Origin: a virus
Virus record (IMG/VR): IMGVR_UViG_3300033141_003629
Span: 5,636-69,635 of that record
DNA: 64,000 nt
Reading direction: 5' to 3' (one strand)
The number at the start of each line of letters is the position of its first letter. Positions within the stretch are counted from its first letter, which is position 1. This document shows, one piece after another, positions 19,181 through 30,322 of the stretch. A program made the position numbers and the translations under genes. The notes beneath the pieces are model-generated. The model worked only from the letters and a program-made list of their open reading frames with translations, was not told the DNA's origin and did no database searches.

Positions 19181-21874
19181 ATGGAACATTCACAAAAATT
19201 CTTAGCAACTATTCGACTAGCCATTGAAGGAGCTGAAGCTGCTACAAGAAAGTTAAAAAAAATAGATAAAACAACTACAGATATGGCAGCAAAGCGAATT
19301 GATTTCCCCTGGTTAAGAAATCTTCCTCAACAGAGCCAAATTGCTCAACAATCGATAGTAAGTTTTTCTAAGGAATTAAAGGGATTTTCTCTCGCTGGTC
19401 AAAAGTTAAATACAGTTTGGAAAGAAGGTCAGCCAGTAGGAGCAAGGTCTGTTCAGACTTTTAAAAATCAAGCTGGAGCAATTAAAAAAGTTACTACAGA
19501 ATTTAATAAAAATGGAAAAATAGTTAAGCAGGGATTAACAGATATTTCTGCAGGTGCAAGTCGTGGTGCTGGTATTATGGAGCAGTTTGGGCTTGCTATG
19601 CGTAGAGCATTGATTGTTGCTCCTATCTGGATGATAATGAGAGGAGCTATTCAGTCTGTCATAGGTACGATTAGAGAAGGTGCTCAGGCAATGTATGATT
19701 TTGATAGAGCACTTATTAGGGCCCAAGCAGTTATTCATGATTTTGAAGGTACAATTGCTGAAGCTATGGGAATTTTAAATAGAGAATTAAGGACTTTGTC
19801 TGCAGAAACTGCAATATCGGTAGATAAGTTAGCCACAGCATTTTATAGATTTGGTACTGTTGGTACTGGCTTTAAGGATTCGATTGAGGGAGCAGCAGCA
19901 GCAACTAAGTTAGCAGTAGCAATTCAGGGCGATGCTGACCAGATTGCAGAAACACTGGCATTGACATATACTCTACTGGGGGATACTATTTCAGATACTA
20001 TACCTCAAAGCCAAAAACTTATTTCTGTAGTTGCAAAGATTTATAAATTGTTTCAGACCAATGCATTTACTGCTAAACAATTTGACCAGTCTTTGAGACA
20101 GTTTTTGCCTACTGCAAATACATTAAATATTACTCTGGATGAGACATTGGCCTTGTTAGCAGCAATAAATACAGCAGCAATTCAAGGTGGCCGCGGCGGT
20201 CGTCTATTAAGAACATCGTTTCAGAAATTTGTAGAGAATATAGAACAAGTTGCTCCTAGATTTGGAGTAAAAGTTGTACCAGAAATAGAAGGTATTTATA
20301 CTTCTGTAAGAAAAGTTCTTGAACAAATTAATAAGTTAAGTTTAGAGGGTAGGTTGACAGAAGTATCAGAAGCTCTTTCCGATGTATTTGGTGGTATTAG
20401 GTCAAGAGAAGCTGCTCAGGCAATTGCTTCTGTGTTGAATGTTTTAGATAAAAATATGGCAGATGTTTCTAATACTGCGGAGAATTTATCAAGTATATAT
20501 AGCAATTTCGATAAACGACTTAACGAAGTATCCGAGAGTGTAAGTTTTCAAATAGACCGATTTAAAGAACTAAAAAAGAATGCTACAGAAGCATTTATTA
20601 GTGGAGTTGTTGGAGGAAAAGATTTTGCCGAATCAGTTAAACTTTATAATGATGCTCTTAAAGATTCTTTACCAAATGTTAAATTATTAGGTACTTATTT
20701 AAGATTAATTGCAGAGTTTGGTATTTTAACTCCAATAGGTGGAATTTATATAGAATCCCTTCGTAGAGCAAGAGAAGAAGCTAGAGCTATTGGAGATGCT
20801 CAGCAGAGAGTTGGAGATGTTTTAAGAGGTCAAACTACAGCACAAGAAGCTTTAGCTGTGTTGCAAGAACTAACTGCGGGAAAATTAATCAAAGATGTTA
20901 GACTTAGAGAACAGATTAGGACACAGGTTATTGCAATATTACATGCAAAACAAGCAGAAGTTAATTTAGCTAAAGAGCAAGCCCTAGCTGACGATGATTC
21001 TTTTCAGAGAATTAAACAACAGTTAGATTTATATAAAGATAGAGCAAAAGAAATTCGCAAGACAGCTAATATACAAGCTCAAGAATTAAAATATTTGCAG
21101 CTTCGTGCCAAAGGAATAGAAGATTCTGATTTGGCTCAAATAAAATTTTTAGATAAAGTAAAAGAAACTGTGCGAGAATACAACAATTTAGAAAATATAA
21201 CAAGTAGAATTGATTTATCAGATATTTTATCTGCTCTACAAGTTGGTGATTATAATAGAATTTTACAACTCACAAATGGAATAGTATTTAATGATGATAA
21301 AATTCTAGAATTAAATAAATTACAAAATGATGTAGTAGCTGCTCGCATAAAACTAAAAGACGACGAAGTAAAAAAAACTCAGAATCTTTTGTTACAATAT
21401 GAGCAAGCAACTGAAACAGAACGCAGGTCAATAGAAAGATTGTTTGAATTGAGGCAGCTATCTCCAGAAGAATTAGCTCAAAGATTTCGTAGCAATATTT
21501 TTGATAAGAAAATAATCTTAGATTTTTGGGGTCAATTTGAAAAATCTGCCCAAGATGCTATTACTCAAACTATAAAAGACCTTTATAGATTAAATGTTCC
21601 TGTAAAATTGGATTGGTCTAAAAATCCCTTTTATAAGACAGCATCGCCTTTGACTGCAGCGAGAATGGCTGTAGCTCCAGCAGCGGGAACAAATATAAAT
21701 GCAAATGTTAATCAAACTGCCTCGTTTGGAGATGTTCTTATTTCAATAAATCCAGATTCTATAGAAAAACTAGCTTCTCTTTCTGCAGATGAGCTAACAA
21801 AGATATTGGTTAATAACTCCCAATTAAAACAATTAATTACAAATATTGTTTTAAATACAAAGACAAGACAATAA
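19181..21874 (+). CDS. tail tape measure protein (TP901-like core)
   Basis: 897 aa, Ala-rich helical; A.KLAVA, LDETLALLAA...IQGGRGG.LLR..F, DVFGG.R motifs. Confidence 0.9.
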   Translation: MEHSQKFLATIRLAIEGAEAATRKLKKIDKTTTDMAAKRIDFPWLRNLPQQSQIAQQSIVSFSKELKGFSLAGQKLNTVWKEGQPVGARSVQTFKNQAGAIKKVTTEFNKNGKIVKQGLTDISAGASRGAGIMEQFGLAMRRALIVAPIWMIMRGAIQSVIGTIREGAQAMYDFDRALIRAQAVIHDFEGTIAEAMGILNRELRTLSAETAISVDKLATAFYRFGTVGTGFKDSIEGAAAATKLAVAIQGDADQIAETLALTYTLLGDTISDTIPQSQKLISVVAKIYKLFQTNAFTAKQFDQSLRQFLPTANTLNITLDETLALLAAINTAAIQGGRGGRLLRTSFQKFVENIEQVAPRFGVKVVPEIEGIYTSVRKVLEQINKLSLEGRLTEVSEALSDVFGGIRSREAAQAIASVLNVLDKNMADVSNTAENLSSIYSNFDKRLNEVSESVSFQIDRFKELKKNATEAFISGVVGGKDFAESVKLYNDALKDSLPNVKLLGTYLRLIAEFGILTPIGGIYIESLRRAREEARAIGDAQQRVGDVLRGQTTAQEALAVLQELTAGKLIKDVRLREQIRTQVIAILHAKQAEVNLAKEQALADDDSFQRIKQQLDLYKDRAKEIRKTANIQAQELKYLQLRAKGIEDSDLAQIKFLDKVKETVREYNNLENITSRIDLSDILSALQVGDYNRILQLTNGIVFNDDKILELNKLQNDVVAARIKLKDDEVKKTQNLLLQYEQATETERRSIERLFELRQLSPEELAQRFRSNIFDKKIILDFWGQFEKSAQDAITQTIKDLYRLNVPVKLDWSKNPFYKTASPLTAARMAVAPAAGTNINANVNQTASFGDVLISINPDSIEKLASLSADELTKILVNNSQLKQLITNIVLNTKTRQ

Positions 21875-21886
21875 GGAGATACTAAT

Positions 21887-22297
21887 ATGGCAGATTATGT
21901 TGTCAAAATAACTTTTAATGATGGCTCAGGAAATTATGATTTTCCTTTAGTACAGTCATGTCCAGACCCAATAGAAGGGTCTAAGGCTGTAGTAATTGAA
22001 GGCAATAGGGGGTCTGGTTCTGTAGTTATACCAGGAGGCAAAAAAAGCCAAAGAATTATTGTCAAGGGAATTATTTTGGATAACGATGGATTTGTTGATA
22101 TTCAAACTGCAATTGCATCTATGAAGTCAGCAGTTACTACCAATTTAGCAACCCTAACAAAAAAATATTGGAATGGGTCTACATGGGTAAATGTATGGCA
22201 GTATACTGTAAGAAGAATTGACCCAATAGAATTTTCAGATAGCTTACAGACAAACAATCAAGATTATACAGCAACATTTTTAATTGTTAGTTATTAA
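21887..22297 (+). CDS. distal-tail-like protein
   Basis: First gene after the tape measure; I.G.RG......GG.K...I.VKG.I pattern. Confidence 0.55.
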   Translation: MADYVVKITFNDGSGNYDFPLVQSCPDPIEGSKAVVIEGNRGSGSVVIPGGKKSQRIIVKGIILDNDGFVDIQTAIASMKSAVTTNLATLTKKYWNGSTWVNVWQYTVRRIDPIEFSDSLQTNNQDYTATFLIVSY

Positions 22298-22308
22298 GGA
22301 GGCAACAA

Positions 22309-22971
22309 ATGGCAACAAATTTGCAAATCGGAATTAATTATGTAGATGCAGATGTTCCTTTTTCTGATACTCCTACAGATTTTATTATAGTCGATGAAGA
22401 CAACGATTATCTTATTTGGACAACAGGAGATGATGTAGTAAAGGATTTAATGACTGCAGAACCAACTGCAGATGAATTAAATGCGGCGGCTACAATCATT
22501 GATGAAGAAGAAGATGTTACTATTCCACAGTGCCTATTGATGGATTATTCTCATAATGTTGGAGGGAGTTATTATACCCACAAAGTTATTGGAATGGGAG
22601 AAAATAAAAGATATGTTTTCTTATTTAGTTTTGATGGCCCAACAGCAACAGAACCACAATTAGAAGCATGGGATACTTCTGCTCATTCTACTGCTGATAA
22701 GAATGTGCTTGGTTTAGGAACTCCAAATGATTCTATGGTAAAAGCAGTATGTACTACCTTGGCATTACCTGGAACTGATTGGGCAGGCTCTCCAATTGCG
22801 GGAACTAATGTTTTGCTTTTAAATGATGGAAATGGAGCTTTAGATGAGCTAGAGACAGGAGAAACTAGTCATGATTTATATGCAAATATCAAGTTAGTTG
22901 TGCCTGCAGGCTATTCTATTCCATATGTAGAACAATTTGTACTTTCTATTAGATATAGTTGGTCTGAATAA
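22309..22971 (+). CDS. minor tail protein
   Basis: Acidic, beta-rich; AAGGAGG SD; tail module. Confidence 0.55.
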   Translation: MATNLQIGINYVDADVPFSDTPTDFIIVDEDNDYLIWTTGDDVVKDLMTAEPTADELNAAATIIDEEEDVTIPQCLLMDYSHNVGGSYYTHKVIGMGENKRYVFLFSFDGPTATEPQLEAWDTSAHSTADKNVLGLGTPNDSMVKAVCTTLALPGTDWAGSPIAGTNVLLLNDGNGALDELETGETSHDLYANIKLVVPAGYSIPYVEQFVLSIRYSWSE

Positions 22972-22985
22972 AGAAAGGATAAAAA

Positions 22986-23354
22986 ATGCAAAGATTATTT
23001 GATATTGTATATGAAGATGGAGAACATTTTGTTGGCGGAAGTTCTTATCTGTCAGCGGGTGATTGGGGAAAGTCTCCGCAGAAAAAAATAAGAACATTTT
23101 TTGTAAGACTTCCTTTTGGAGATAATTTAGTATTGTCTGGATACGACAGATACTATTATAGAATAGAAGCCTGTAAAGATTTTTATGGAGTCAATACAAG
23201 TAAATTAAGGATAGAGTATATATTTGTATATGCTCAAAAACAGAATAAAATAAAAAAATATAAAATAGATTTAAAAAAAGCAATGATTGAAGGATTTATA
23301 AAAGATATAAACGATAATGAAATTAGGGGTTTAAATCCTAAATATTGGAGGTAA
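22986..23354 (+). CDS. hypothetical protein
   Basis: 122 aa, AAGGA SD. Confidence 0.55.
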   Translation: MQRLFDIVYEDGEHFVGGSSYLSAGDWGKSPQKKIRTFFVRLPFGDNLVLSGYDRYYYRIEACKDFYGVNTSKLRIEYIFVYAQKQNKIKKYKIDLKKAMIEGFIKDINDNEIRGLNPKYWR

Positions 23355-23366
23355 GAGAGGTTTAAT

Positions 23367-23864
23367 ATGGCAACTTATTTTGAGTGGAGCGAAAGTAATG
23401 GCGCTGGAGAAGTAGTTACTGATGATGTTGCAAATTTAAACTTTGGTAGTATAGATGCAGCAGAATTAGTACCACTTTCCTATCCTATTTTGGCTGGAAA
23501 TAATTCTTTTGCCAAATATATTAGAGGAAAGTTTTTTGCAGATACTGGAGAAACACCAACAATTTCAAATATTAAATTTTGGAAATCTTCAGGAGCTTAT
23601 AAAACGGGTGAGGAGATTGTGGCTGCTGCTAATGTGGCTTATGCTACTCCATCTGCATCCGATACTGGAGATAGTGCTATACCAACTGTAGAAGGGTCTG
23701 CATTATCTATAAATTCTTATGAAGGCCAATCAACAATTGAGATTGGAGAATCAGATGTTTCTGGGTATACAGGCTATATCCGCCTACAATTACAAACTTC
23801 TGGAAGTACTCCTGCCGGTGCAGCCAATCAAAAAGAATTTACAATACAATACGACTCAATTTAA
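23367..23864 (+). CDS. minor tail protein
   Basis: NLNFGSID...I.AG.NSF.KY...ISNIKFW...YI.LQLQT...QYD; GAGG SD. Confidence 0.6.
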   Translation: MATYFEWSESNGAGEVVTDDVANLNFGSIDAAELVPLSYPILAGNNSFAKYIRGKFFADTGETPTISNIKFWKSSGAYKTGEEIVAAANVAYATPSASDTGDSAIPTVEGSALSINSYEGQSTIEIGESDVSGYTGYIRLQLQTSGSTPAGAANQKEFTIQYDSI

Positions 23865-23892
23865 GGTTTAATAATTAATAAAGGAGTTTTTA

Positions 23893-24057
23893 ATGCGATT
23901 AATTAATAAATTTCTACGAATATTTAATTTAACAGTAGTAAAAAGAATACAATATAAATTTCATGGTAATTTTGTGAAAAAATCACAAAATACAAAGGAA
24001 TTACTTGTATGGAATTATACTAAAAAGAACGAAAAAATTTTATATAGATTTAAATAA
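23893..24057 (+). CDS. small basic hypothetical protein (54 aa)
   Basis: AAGGAG SD; fills the intergenic gap. Confidence 0.4.
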   Translation: MRLINKFLRIFNLTVVKRIQYKFHGNFVKKSQNTKELLVWNYTKKNEKILYRFK

Positions 24058-24069
24058 TAGAGGAACAAT

Positions 24070-26736
24070 ATGCCAGGAATAGACGAATTTACCAAACTAT
24101 TAATAAGAGCAAACCCACCTGATGCAGGAACAGACTTTGAGGATGTTTCAAGTAATGCATTTACTATAACTGCAAACGGAGATGCCCAAGTAGATACTGA
24201 TATTAAAAAATTTGTAGCATCTATTCTTTTAGATGGTAACGACGATTTATCTGTTCCATATAATGCAGATATTTGTGATTTTGATGAAGGAGATTTTACT
24301 TTAGAGACCTGGGCTTATTCTACTGCTGAAAATGGAGACAGGAGTTTGATGTCTGCCGGAGGTTATCCTAGCGGCTGGGCATTATATTTATATGGTGCTG
24401 GAGGAACACAAGGAGTTGGTTTTGCATGTAATTCTGGTGGTTGGGCTGGTCGAATAGCAGTTGCAGATAAAATTTCTTTATCAACCTGGACACATATTGC
24501 CTTAGTTAGAGAAGGCAATTATTTGATGATATTTTATGACGGAGTATTAAAAGCAAGAACAGAGTTTACTGGAATAGTAACTTCTGGGAATAGTTCTTTT
24601 ATATTTGGAAGAGAAAGAACATTTTATGTTCAAGGAAATTATGAAGAAGTAAGAGTATCAAAAGGTATAGCTCGCTGGACAGGAACTGAAGTAGGAGTAA
24701 CCTATTTTACTCCTCCTACAACACAATATACGGAAGTGGTTGCTGAGACAATTTTATCTGATGCACATATTTACGCCACGAACCTTCAAGAAACAATTCT
24801 TTCAGACGCTTATTTAATTTTATCAAGAAGTCAAGAAACTATTCAATCGAATACGAATTTTTATGCAAGAATTCAACAAACGATTACTGCAGCAGCAAGT
24901 TTTTTAGAGCCACTATTTAGTGAAGTAATAAATAAAGTAAACCTACGAAAACAGATTATATCAAATATATTAAATAAAATAAATTTGGCTATATTAAATA
25001 GAACAGATATATCAAATGCAGTTAATATTGCTAAGAGAATTTTTAATAATATTTCAAACGATATTAGATTAAAGAAAAGAAATTTTGGTAATGTATTAAA
25101 TGATATTCGTGTAATAAAATCTTGGCAGACCGCAGCAATTGGTGGGTTCCAATCTCTAGGTAAGGAATATTTAAAGGTTTATATTAATTCGGTAGAACAG
25201 ACTGATGTTGATGTAGATTCTATTGCTATTCGTAGAGGATTAAATGTCGCACATGCAGCTACATTTGTATTAGCTAGGGCATATGATTCTACAAAACCAA
25301 GTGATGAGGCAGCCGTAGAAATAAAGTATTATAATTGGATATTATTCTCTGGATATATTACACAAATTCAGCCAGGAGATACGCCAGAGTCAATGTTAAT
25401 AAATTGTCAAGACGAATATTGGAAACAAAATAGAACAAATGTTTATTATCAAGTGGGTCATAAGCCTACTGATAATCAAGAACTATTTTATGAAAAAATA
25501 AGTACAGCATTATCAACTGTGCATTCTTTAAATTGGAATATTGGAGATTTTGTTCCTCAAGTTATAGATAATTTTAGTGTAGGAAGTTCTGAGGCAATTA
25601 CTAATTTAATTACTCAATGTGGAAACTATGGTTGGTATTATGATGTTAATAAAAATAAAAAATTGTGGACGGCAGAAAGAGGGCCTATAATTTCTATTTC
25701 AAGACAAACTCTTGGAAATAATTTTAATCTTTATGAGGTAGTTTCTCATTCATTTACAGATGATGTTGAGAATATAGTAAATAAACTTCGGGTACAAATG
25801 GGAAACAAAGTTATTAGAAAATTTAGTACTTCGGGTGCTCAAAGAAGTTATACAGTTTATCAATTTAGATATGTTAGAGATTGGTGTGCTCCAGCATGGA
25901 ATATTTCTTATGAACATTTGGCAAAGGATTCTGATGATGGACAAGGATTTGATTTTTATGACCCAAACGGTATAGATGCTGAGGGCTATTCTGAAGTGTT
26001 TAAAGTATGGAACTTGCCATTTATAAATAGAACAGTAGAGCAATGGGTAGACCGCTATCAACCTGAAGTTTGGATTTATAATAATTTCTTAAATTTTATA
26101 AACCTATATACTTCTCAAGAACCAGTTTTAAAACTAACCGAAGGATTTACTATTGATTATGATAATAATAGAATTATCTTTAATGAACCACTATATCTAG
26201 TAAAATTGAATTCTAGGGGAGAAGTTGAAAAAGTTAAAGCTCCTGGAATAAAAATTGTTATATCAAAAAGGTCATCATTTACCTACACAGAAAGCCCTTC
26301 AGATGACCCAGAATCAGACATTACAAATCCGCTTATGTTTTTTACAAATAAAGTTGGAGATTATGCTACAACTATTATTAAAGAACTTGCTTTAACAGAT
26401 TTGTCAATTCAAGAAGGAGGTAATTTTGTTAATGCTAATGGAGAAACAGAACTCATTCCTTCATGGGATGATACAGAATTTGCAGAGGACATCGCGTATT
26501 GGAATTTAAGTAATTCTGCATATAAAAAGATTTCTGGAACAGTAGACATTACTTTAGATGCTTTTGTATTTTATAATATTCAATTAAATAATAGAATATA
26601 TATAGAAGGAATCACTGAATCTGCTATGAATATTACAGAAATAAATTTTGATATGCAAAATTTTATTGTTAGATTATCTTTGGAAAATTCTCATTATTAT
26701 AAGAGGACAGTTTCATTGCCTTCTCATGGAGAGTAA
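24070..26736 (+). CDS. tail tip/hub protein with N-terminal LamG/concanavalin-like lectin domain
   Basis: DFTLETW, WTHIALVR.G....IF.DG, EEVRVSKGIARW, FTPPT; TILSDA and ISNDIR repeats; hub-like LFSGYIT, N.VNKLRV. Confidence 0.75.
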   Translation: MPGIDEFTKLLIRANPPDAGTDFEDVSSNAFTITANGDAQVDTDIKKFVASILLDGNDDLSVPYNADICDFDEGDFTLETWAYSTAENGDRSLMSAGGYPSGWALYLYGAGGTQGVGFACNSGGWAGRIAVADKISLSTWTHIALVREGNYLMIFYDGVLKARTEFTGIVTSGNSSFIFGRERTFYVQGNYEEVRVSKGIARWTGTEVGVTYFTPPTTQYTEVVAETILSDAHIYATNLQETILSDAYLILSRSQETIQSNTNFYARIQQTITAAASFLEPLFSEVINKVNLRKQIISNILNKINLAILNRTDISNAVNIAKRIFNNISNDIRLKKRNFGNVLNDIRVIKSWQTAAIGGFQSLGKEYLKVYINSVEQTDVDVDSIAIRRGLNVAHAATFVLARAYDSTKPSDEAAVEIKYYNWILFSGYITQIQPGDTPESMLINCQDEYWKQNRTNVYYQVGHKPTDNQELFYEKISTALSTVHSLNWNIGDFVPQVIDNFSVGSSEAITNLITQCGNYGWYYDVNKNKKLWTAERGPIISISRQTLGNNFNLYEVVSHSFTDDVENIVNKLRVQMGNKVIRKFSTSGAQRSYTVYQFRYVRDWCAPAWNISYEHLAKDSDDGQGFDFYDPNGIDAEGYSEVFKVWNLPFINRTVEQWVDRYQPEVWIYNNFLNFINLYTSQEPVLKLTEGFTIDYDNNRIIFNEPLYLVKLNSRGEVEKVKAPGIKIVISKRSSFTYTESPSDDPESDITNPLMFFTNKVGDYATTIIKELALTDLSIQEGGNFVNANGETELIPSWDDTEFAEDIAYWNLSNSAYKKISGTVDITLDAFVFYNIQLNNRIYIEGITESAMNITEINFDMQNFIVRLSLENSHYYKRTVSLPSHGE

Positions 26737-26737
26737 A

Positions 26738-27559
26738 ATGAAAAGTATCGGCGAAAGATTACAAGAATTAGAAAATATGGTAACTCTATTGACAGCAGAA
26801 CTCACAACTTTAAAATCTCATATAGGAGATAGATATACACCCCCAACTACTTTTCAGGGGGATAGTGTTGCAACAAAACAATATCCTGCTGGAGATGTTA
26901 GAAGTGGATTTGGGGCTTCTGCTGGAAAACTTCTTGCTTGGAATAATAAAGAACTAGACAATCCAGCTAATCAAGAACCTACTGCTCCATCGGTAGGTTA
27001 TAATAAACATACTCACACTCGTTTCTCTGGTGGAGCTTTGCTTATGGATGGATTAGAAATTGTTGAGTATGATTTTACTAAAAAAGCAGATAAAACGCCT
27101 GTTCCAGAGGGTCAGAGAATCACTAATTTACATAGCCAAGGGTTTTGGCCTTATGAACCAAAAATCCAAACGGCTCTTAATAGTAAAGGGGAAGAAGTTC
27201 CAAAAATAGGGCAGTTAATTCTTACATTTGCTCCAGATATTCAAAAATGGGGGAGTACAGCATTTGAAATAGATGTAACTCAATGTTATTTTGTAAAGAG
27301 AAGACAAACCGCAAATAAAGATGAGAATGGAGATGTAATTGAGGGTGAAGATGTTGGAGATATTGAAAAAGATTCTAAAGGTCAAGAAATGAAAGCCCCG
27401 TTGATGGTATTAAAAGAGGAAGAATCTACAGACCCAGAAACAGGAGAATCAATAAAAACTCTAGTAGTAGATGATGCAAAAACCTCAATTGTTTGGGATG
27501 AAAATGGACAGTGTTGGAGATTATATGCAGCTTATGCTCCAGGCGATGCGGGAGTATAA
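26738..27559 (+). CDS. tail tip-associated protein
   Basis: N-terminal coiled coil, HTH motif (NKHTH); start placed just after the upstream stop. Confidence 0.5.
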   Translation: MKSIGERLQELENMVTLLTAELTTLKSHIGDRYTPPTTFQGDSVATKQYPAGDVRSGFGASAGKLLAWNNKELDNPANQEPTAPSVGYNKHTHTRFSGGALLMDGLEIVEYDFTKKADKTPVPEGQRITNLHSQGFWPYEPKIQTALNSKGEEVPKIGQLILTFAPDIQKWGSTAFEIDVTQCYFVKRRQTANKDENGDVIEGEDVGDIEKDSKGQEMKAPLMVLKEEESTDPETGESIKTLVVDDAKTSIVWDENGQCWRLYAAYAPGDAGV

Positions 27560-27561
27560 AA

Positions 27562-29592
27562 ATGGCTCAATGTCCAATTTGCTTTAGTCAAATTAGCTCA
27601 ACAAATGAGGGGGATGCTAAAAATTTTGTTTGGACAGACGACCCCCTTTTGGTATCTGATGCTTATGACTTTCTTGATGAGAACGGCAAACCTACTACAA
27701 ACCCCCCTTGCAAAGGAATTCTTCAGATTATTTTTACTCATATAAAAGAATTGCAAGATAATCGACAAGCTTTAGAATCTATATTGCTTGATGCTGAAGA
27801 TAGAACGGAATTTAGTTCTATAAGCCTAAATGGTAAATTTGTTTTAACTAGTAAGCATATAATGGAATTGAGATATTCTACAGAAAAACTTCTTGAAGCA
27901 GTAGGAATGACAAAAGAAGACTATTTTAATTATGATGCTAGTGGGATAGATAGAAGACCAGGAAATCACAAATTAAATTGGGTAGATGCTCCAACTTCAG
28001 GAACTTATACTCAGGAAGTGATTAATCATTTTTTAGAAAATAAATTTCAAATTAAGGCTATTCATATTGAAGAGCTGAGGCATTATATAAAGACCTTGGA
28101 TTTCTGGAAAGAGCTATGGTTTGGAGTTTCTCATTTGCATGATATTACTGGAGATAGTTTTCAGAAAGTAAATGATAGGATTAATGCAGATAATAAATGG
28201 TATTATCAACCATCTGGCAGATATAGGTATTGGGATTCTTATGAAATGAAGAACATCTGGTATGCTGCTCATCCATGTGATGTTGCTTGGCTTTATACTA
28301 ATCAACCAGGACTAATGGACGATTCATACTATTCTGAGATTATCGCCACTATATTAACTAATCAGACTTTAGCTGATGACCTAAATATTACTTTTAAAAC
28401 CTGGATTACTTTTCTAAGAGATGATATAGATAATTCGCAAATAGATGATATTGTAGTTACAAATATAAATAACATTTATTTTGCAGGAAAAATAAAAATA
28501 GATGATGAGATTATTAGCTTTACAGGTAAAACATATCTGGACGAGACTTATACTGTAGCCGAATTGACAGGAGTTACTAGGGGAGTAGATGGAACAACTC
28601 CTGTAGAACATAGTGCTGGAGCTACTGTATATCAACTGGATGATTATTATAGAATTACATTGCCAGGAACACCTATAACATTTAAATATCGCAAAGATAC
28701 AAATGATTGGTGGAATTATCCTGATGATTTACAAGAAAAGAGAGTTTCTATAACTGCTCTTAGCGGTGGAACTTCTTGGGCTTTAATGCAATATAGTACC
28801 GGAGATACCACCAGGTATTTTATAAAACAGGTAGGTACTAGTTTAATGCCCAATAATAAATGGTACTATGTTGAAAATTTGACCGCTCATAGCTGGTATT
28901 ATACAGAAGATGGTAGTTCGTGGACAAAACAAACTTCTGCTAATGGATTTGCTCAATTTGGTTTTTATAATTATACTACAATGGATGATTTTATTATTTA
29001 CCAAACAAGAAACCTTGGCTCTCATACAGCAGTTGCTCCGGCTTTTCGTCACCACGTTATGATGGACTGTGATGCTCTTTATGGAGATTATCAACTGGGA
29101 TTAGCATTGGATGCTTTTAGTCATTGTACTAATAATTATGGAAAAGTAAGTGTGGGCGATGGGATTTTGACACTTGAAATGAAAGATTCTGTTGGTGGTT
29201 CTATAGCACAGAGTACCTGTGCTATTTTTGCTCCAGTAACTAGCTCTTTTTATTATCCTAATGGGTTAATAATTAAATCTACGACTACCTTTACAATAAC
29301 AAGTACTTCTATTTCAGGCGGGATTGGATATATTCATTTGTTAATATCGGGCGGGTTAAATGGGTCTTTATTACAATATGTTATCTCTAATTCTGACCCA
29401 GGGTCAGGATATATTTATATTCCAAAATCTAGTTTTAATGCAGGATTTTCTAGAAATATTGCAGACGACTTTTTGACAGCCTTAGGAGTTTCTGGATTGA
29501 ATAGGCAGATTTTAGGAATTCGTATTATTCTGTCTGGCGATTCTAGAAGTGATTTAAAGATGACTATAGGACAGATTAATATTACGCAGTAA
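27562..29592 (+). CDS. tail fibre/receptor-binding protein
   Basis: HI.EL repeats; IKIDDEII...LTGVTRGVDGT....HSAGATV module; aromatic beta-rich C-terminus; last + gene. Confidence 0.6.
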   Translation: MAQCPICFSQISSTNEGDAKNFVWTDDPLLVSDAYDFLDENGKPTTNPPCKGILQIIFTHIKELQDNRQALESILLDAEDRTEFSSISLNGKFVLTSKHIMELRYSTEKLLEAVGMTKEDYFNYDASGIDRRPGNHKLNWVDAPTSGTYTQEVINHFLENKFQIKAIHIEELRHYIKTLDFWKELWFGVSHLHDITGDSFQKVNDRINADNKWYYQPSGRYRYWDSYEMKNIWYAAHPCDVAWLYTNQPGLMDDSYYSEIIATILTNQTLADDLNITFKTWITFLRDDIDNSQIDDIVVTNINNIYFAGKIKIDDEIISFTGKTYLDETYTVAELTGVTRGVDGTTPVEHSAGATVYQLDDYYRITLPGTPITFKYRKDTNDWWNYPDDLQEKRVSITALSGGTSWALMQYSTGDTTRYFIKQVGTSLMPNNKWYYVENLTAHSWYYTEDGSSWTKQTSANGFAQFGFYNYTTMDDFIIYQTRNLGSHTAVAPAFRHHVMMDCDALYGDYQLGLALDAFSHCTNNYGKVSVGDGILTLEMKDSVGGSIAQSTCAIFAPVTSSFYYPNGLIIKSTTTFTITSTSISGGIGYIHLLISGGLNGSLLQYVISNSDPGSGYIYIPKSSFNAGFSRNIADDFLTALGVSGLNRQILGIRIILSGDSRSDLKMTIGQINITQ

Positions 29593-30322
29593 GTTTATTG
29601 CGGACTATTGCCCTTAATTCGTTTTGATTATATCCCACGTTCTTTATCTTTGAAAAGAATGTGGGATAATTTATTTTCTCAAAACAAGTGATGTTTGAAT
29701 TGGGAGATACATTATAGATTTTTGGATGATTTTTTAAAAATATATCGAAGTGTTTTTTGGGTTTTGTATTATTATAGTGGTGAACAAGATGCTGCCCTTT
29801 GTGATTAATTTCTTTATCAGAATAATAGTGGGTTTCAGTTTCTCCATCTTTTCCTTTGGGCCAATCATATCCTAGAAGAAATATTTTTCCAGAATAATCT
29901 AATAAAAAACAAGCAACTTCTAATGCAAAAATACCAGTTAGTTTTGGCAAGAGAAATCCTTTTTTTACACTGTTTTCTTTTTCATAAGAATGACTTTTCT
30001 TTAATACAATTACATTAGCTGGCATAGAAGGCATGTTACTTTTTTTAATAGTTATAAGCAAGGGCTGTTTTCTAATTATTTCTATATGTCTAGTATCTGT
30101 ATATGCTAGATTAGAACCAAGTAGCTTGCCATTCCATACTTTTTTATCTGCGAATATCGTAAAAGTATTTTTAAAGTGATGGCAAGCAAAATTACATGCT
30201 ACTACAAATTTATTTTTTATTTTTTCTTTAAGGCCCAGATTTATGCCCATTTTAATCGATGGGCCTCCACCTATAATTATGACTTCTTTTGGGATTTGTG
30301 TTGTAGTTTGCACCAGACACAC
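29582..30322 (-). CDS. Maf/DUF115-like (sialyltransferase-like Rossmann) putative glycosyltransferase
   Basis: VIIIGGGPS, VACN.A, F.D, TG.FAL..A, KIFLLGYD, HYY, IYNVSP.S.I..F. Confidence 0.7.
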   Translation of the reverse strand: MCLVQTTTQIPKEVIIIGGGPSIKMGINLGLKEKIKNKFVVACNFACHHFKNTFTIFADKKVWNGKLLGSNLAYTDTRHIEIIRKQPLLITIKKSNMPSMPANVIVLKKSHSYEKENSVKKGFLLPKLTGIFALEVACFLLDYSGKIFLLGYDWPKGKDGETETHYYSDKEINHKGQHLVHHYNNTKPKKHFDIFLKNHPKIYNVSPNSNITCFEKINYPTFFSKIKNVGYNQNELRAIVRNKLTA

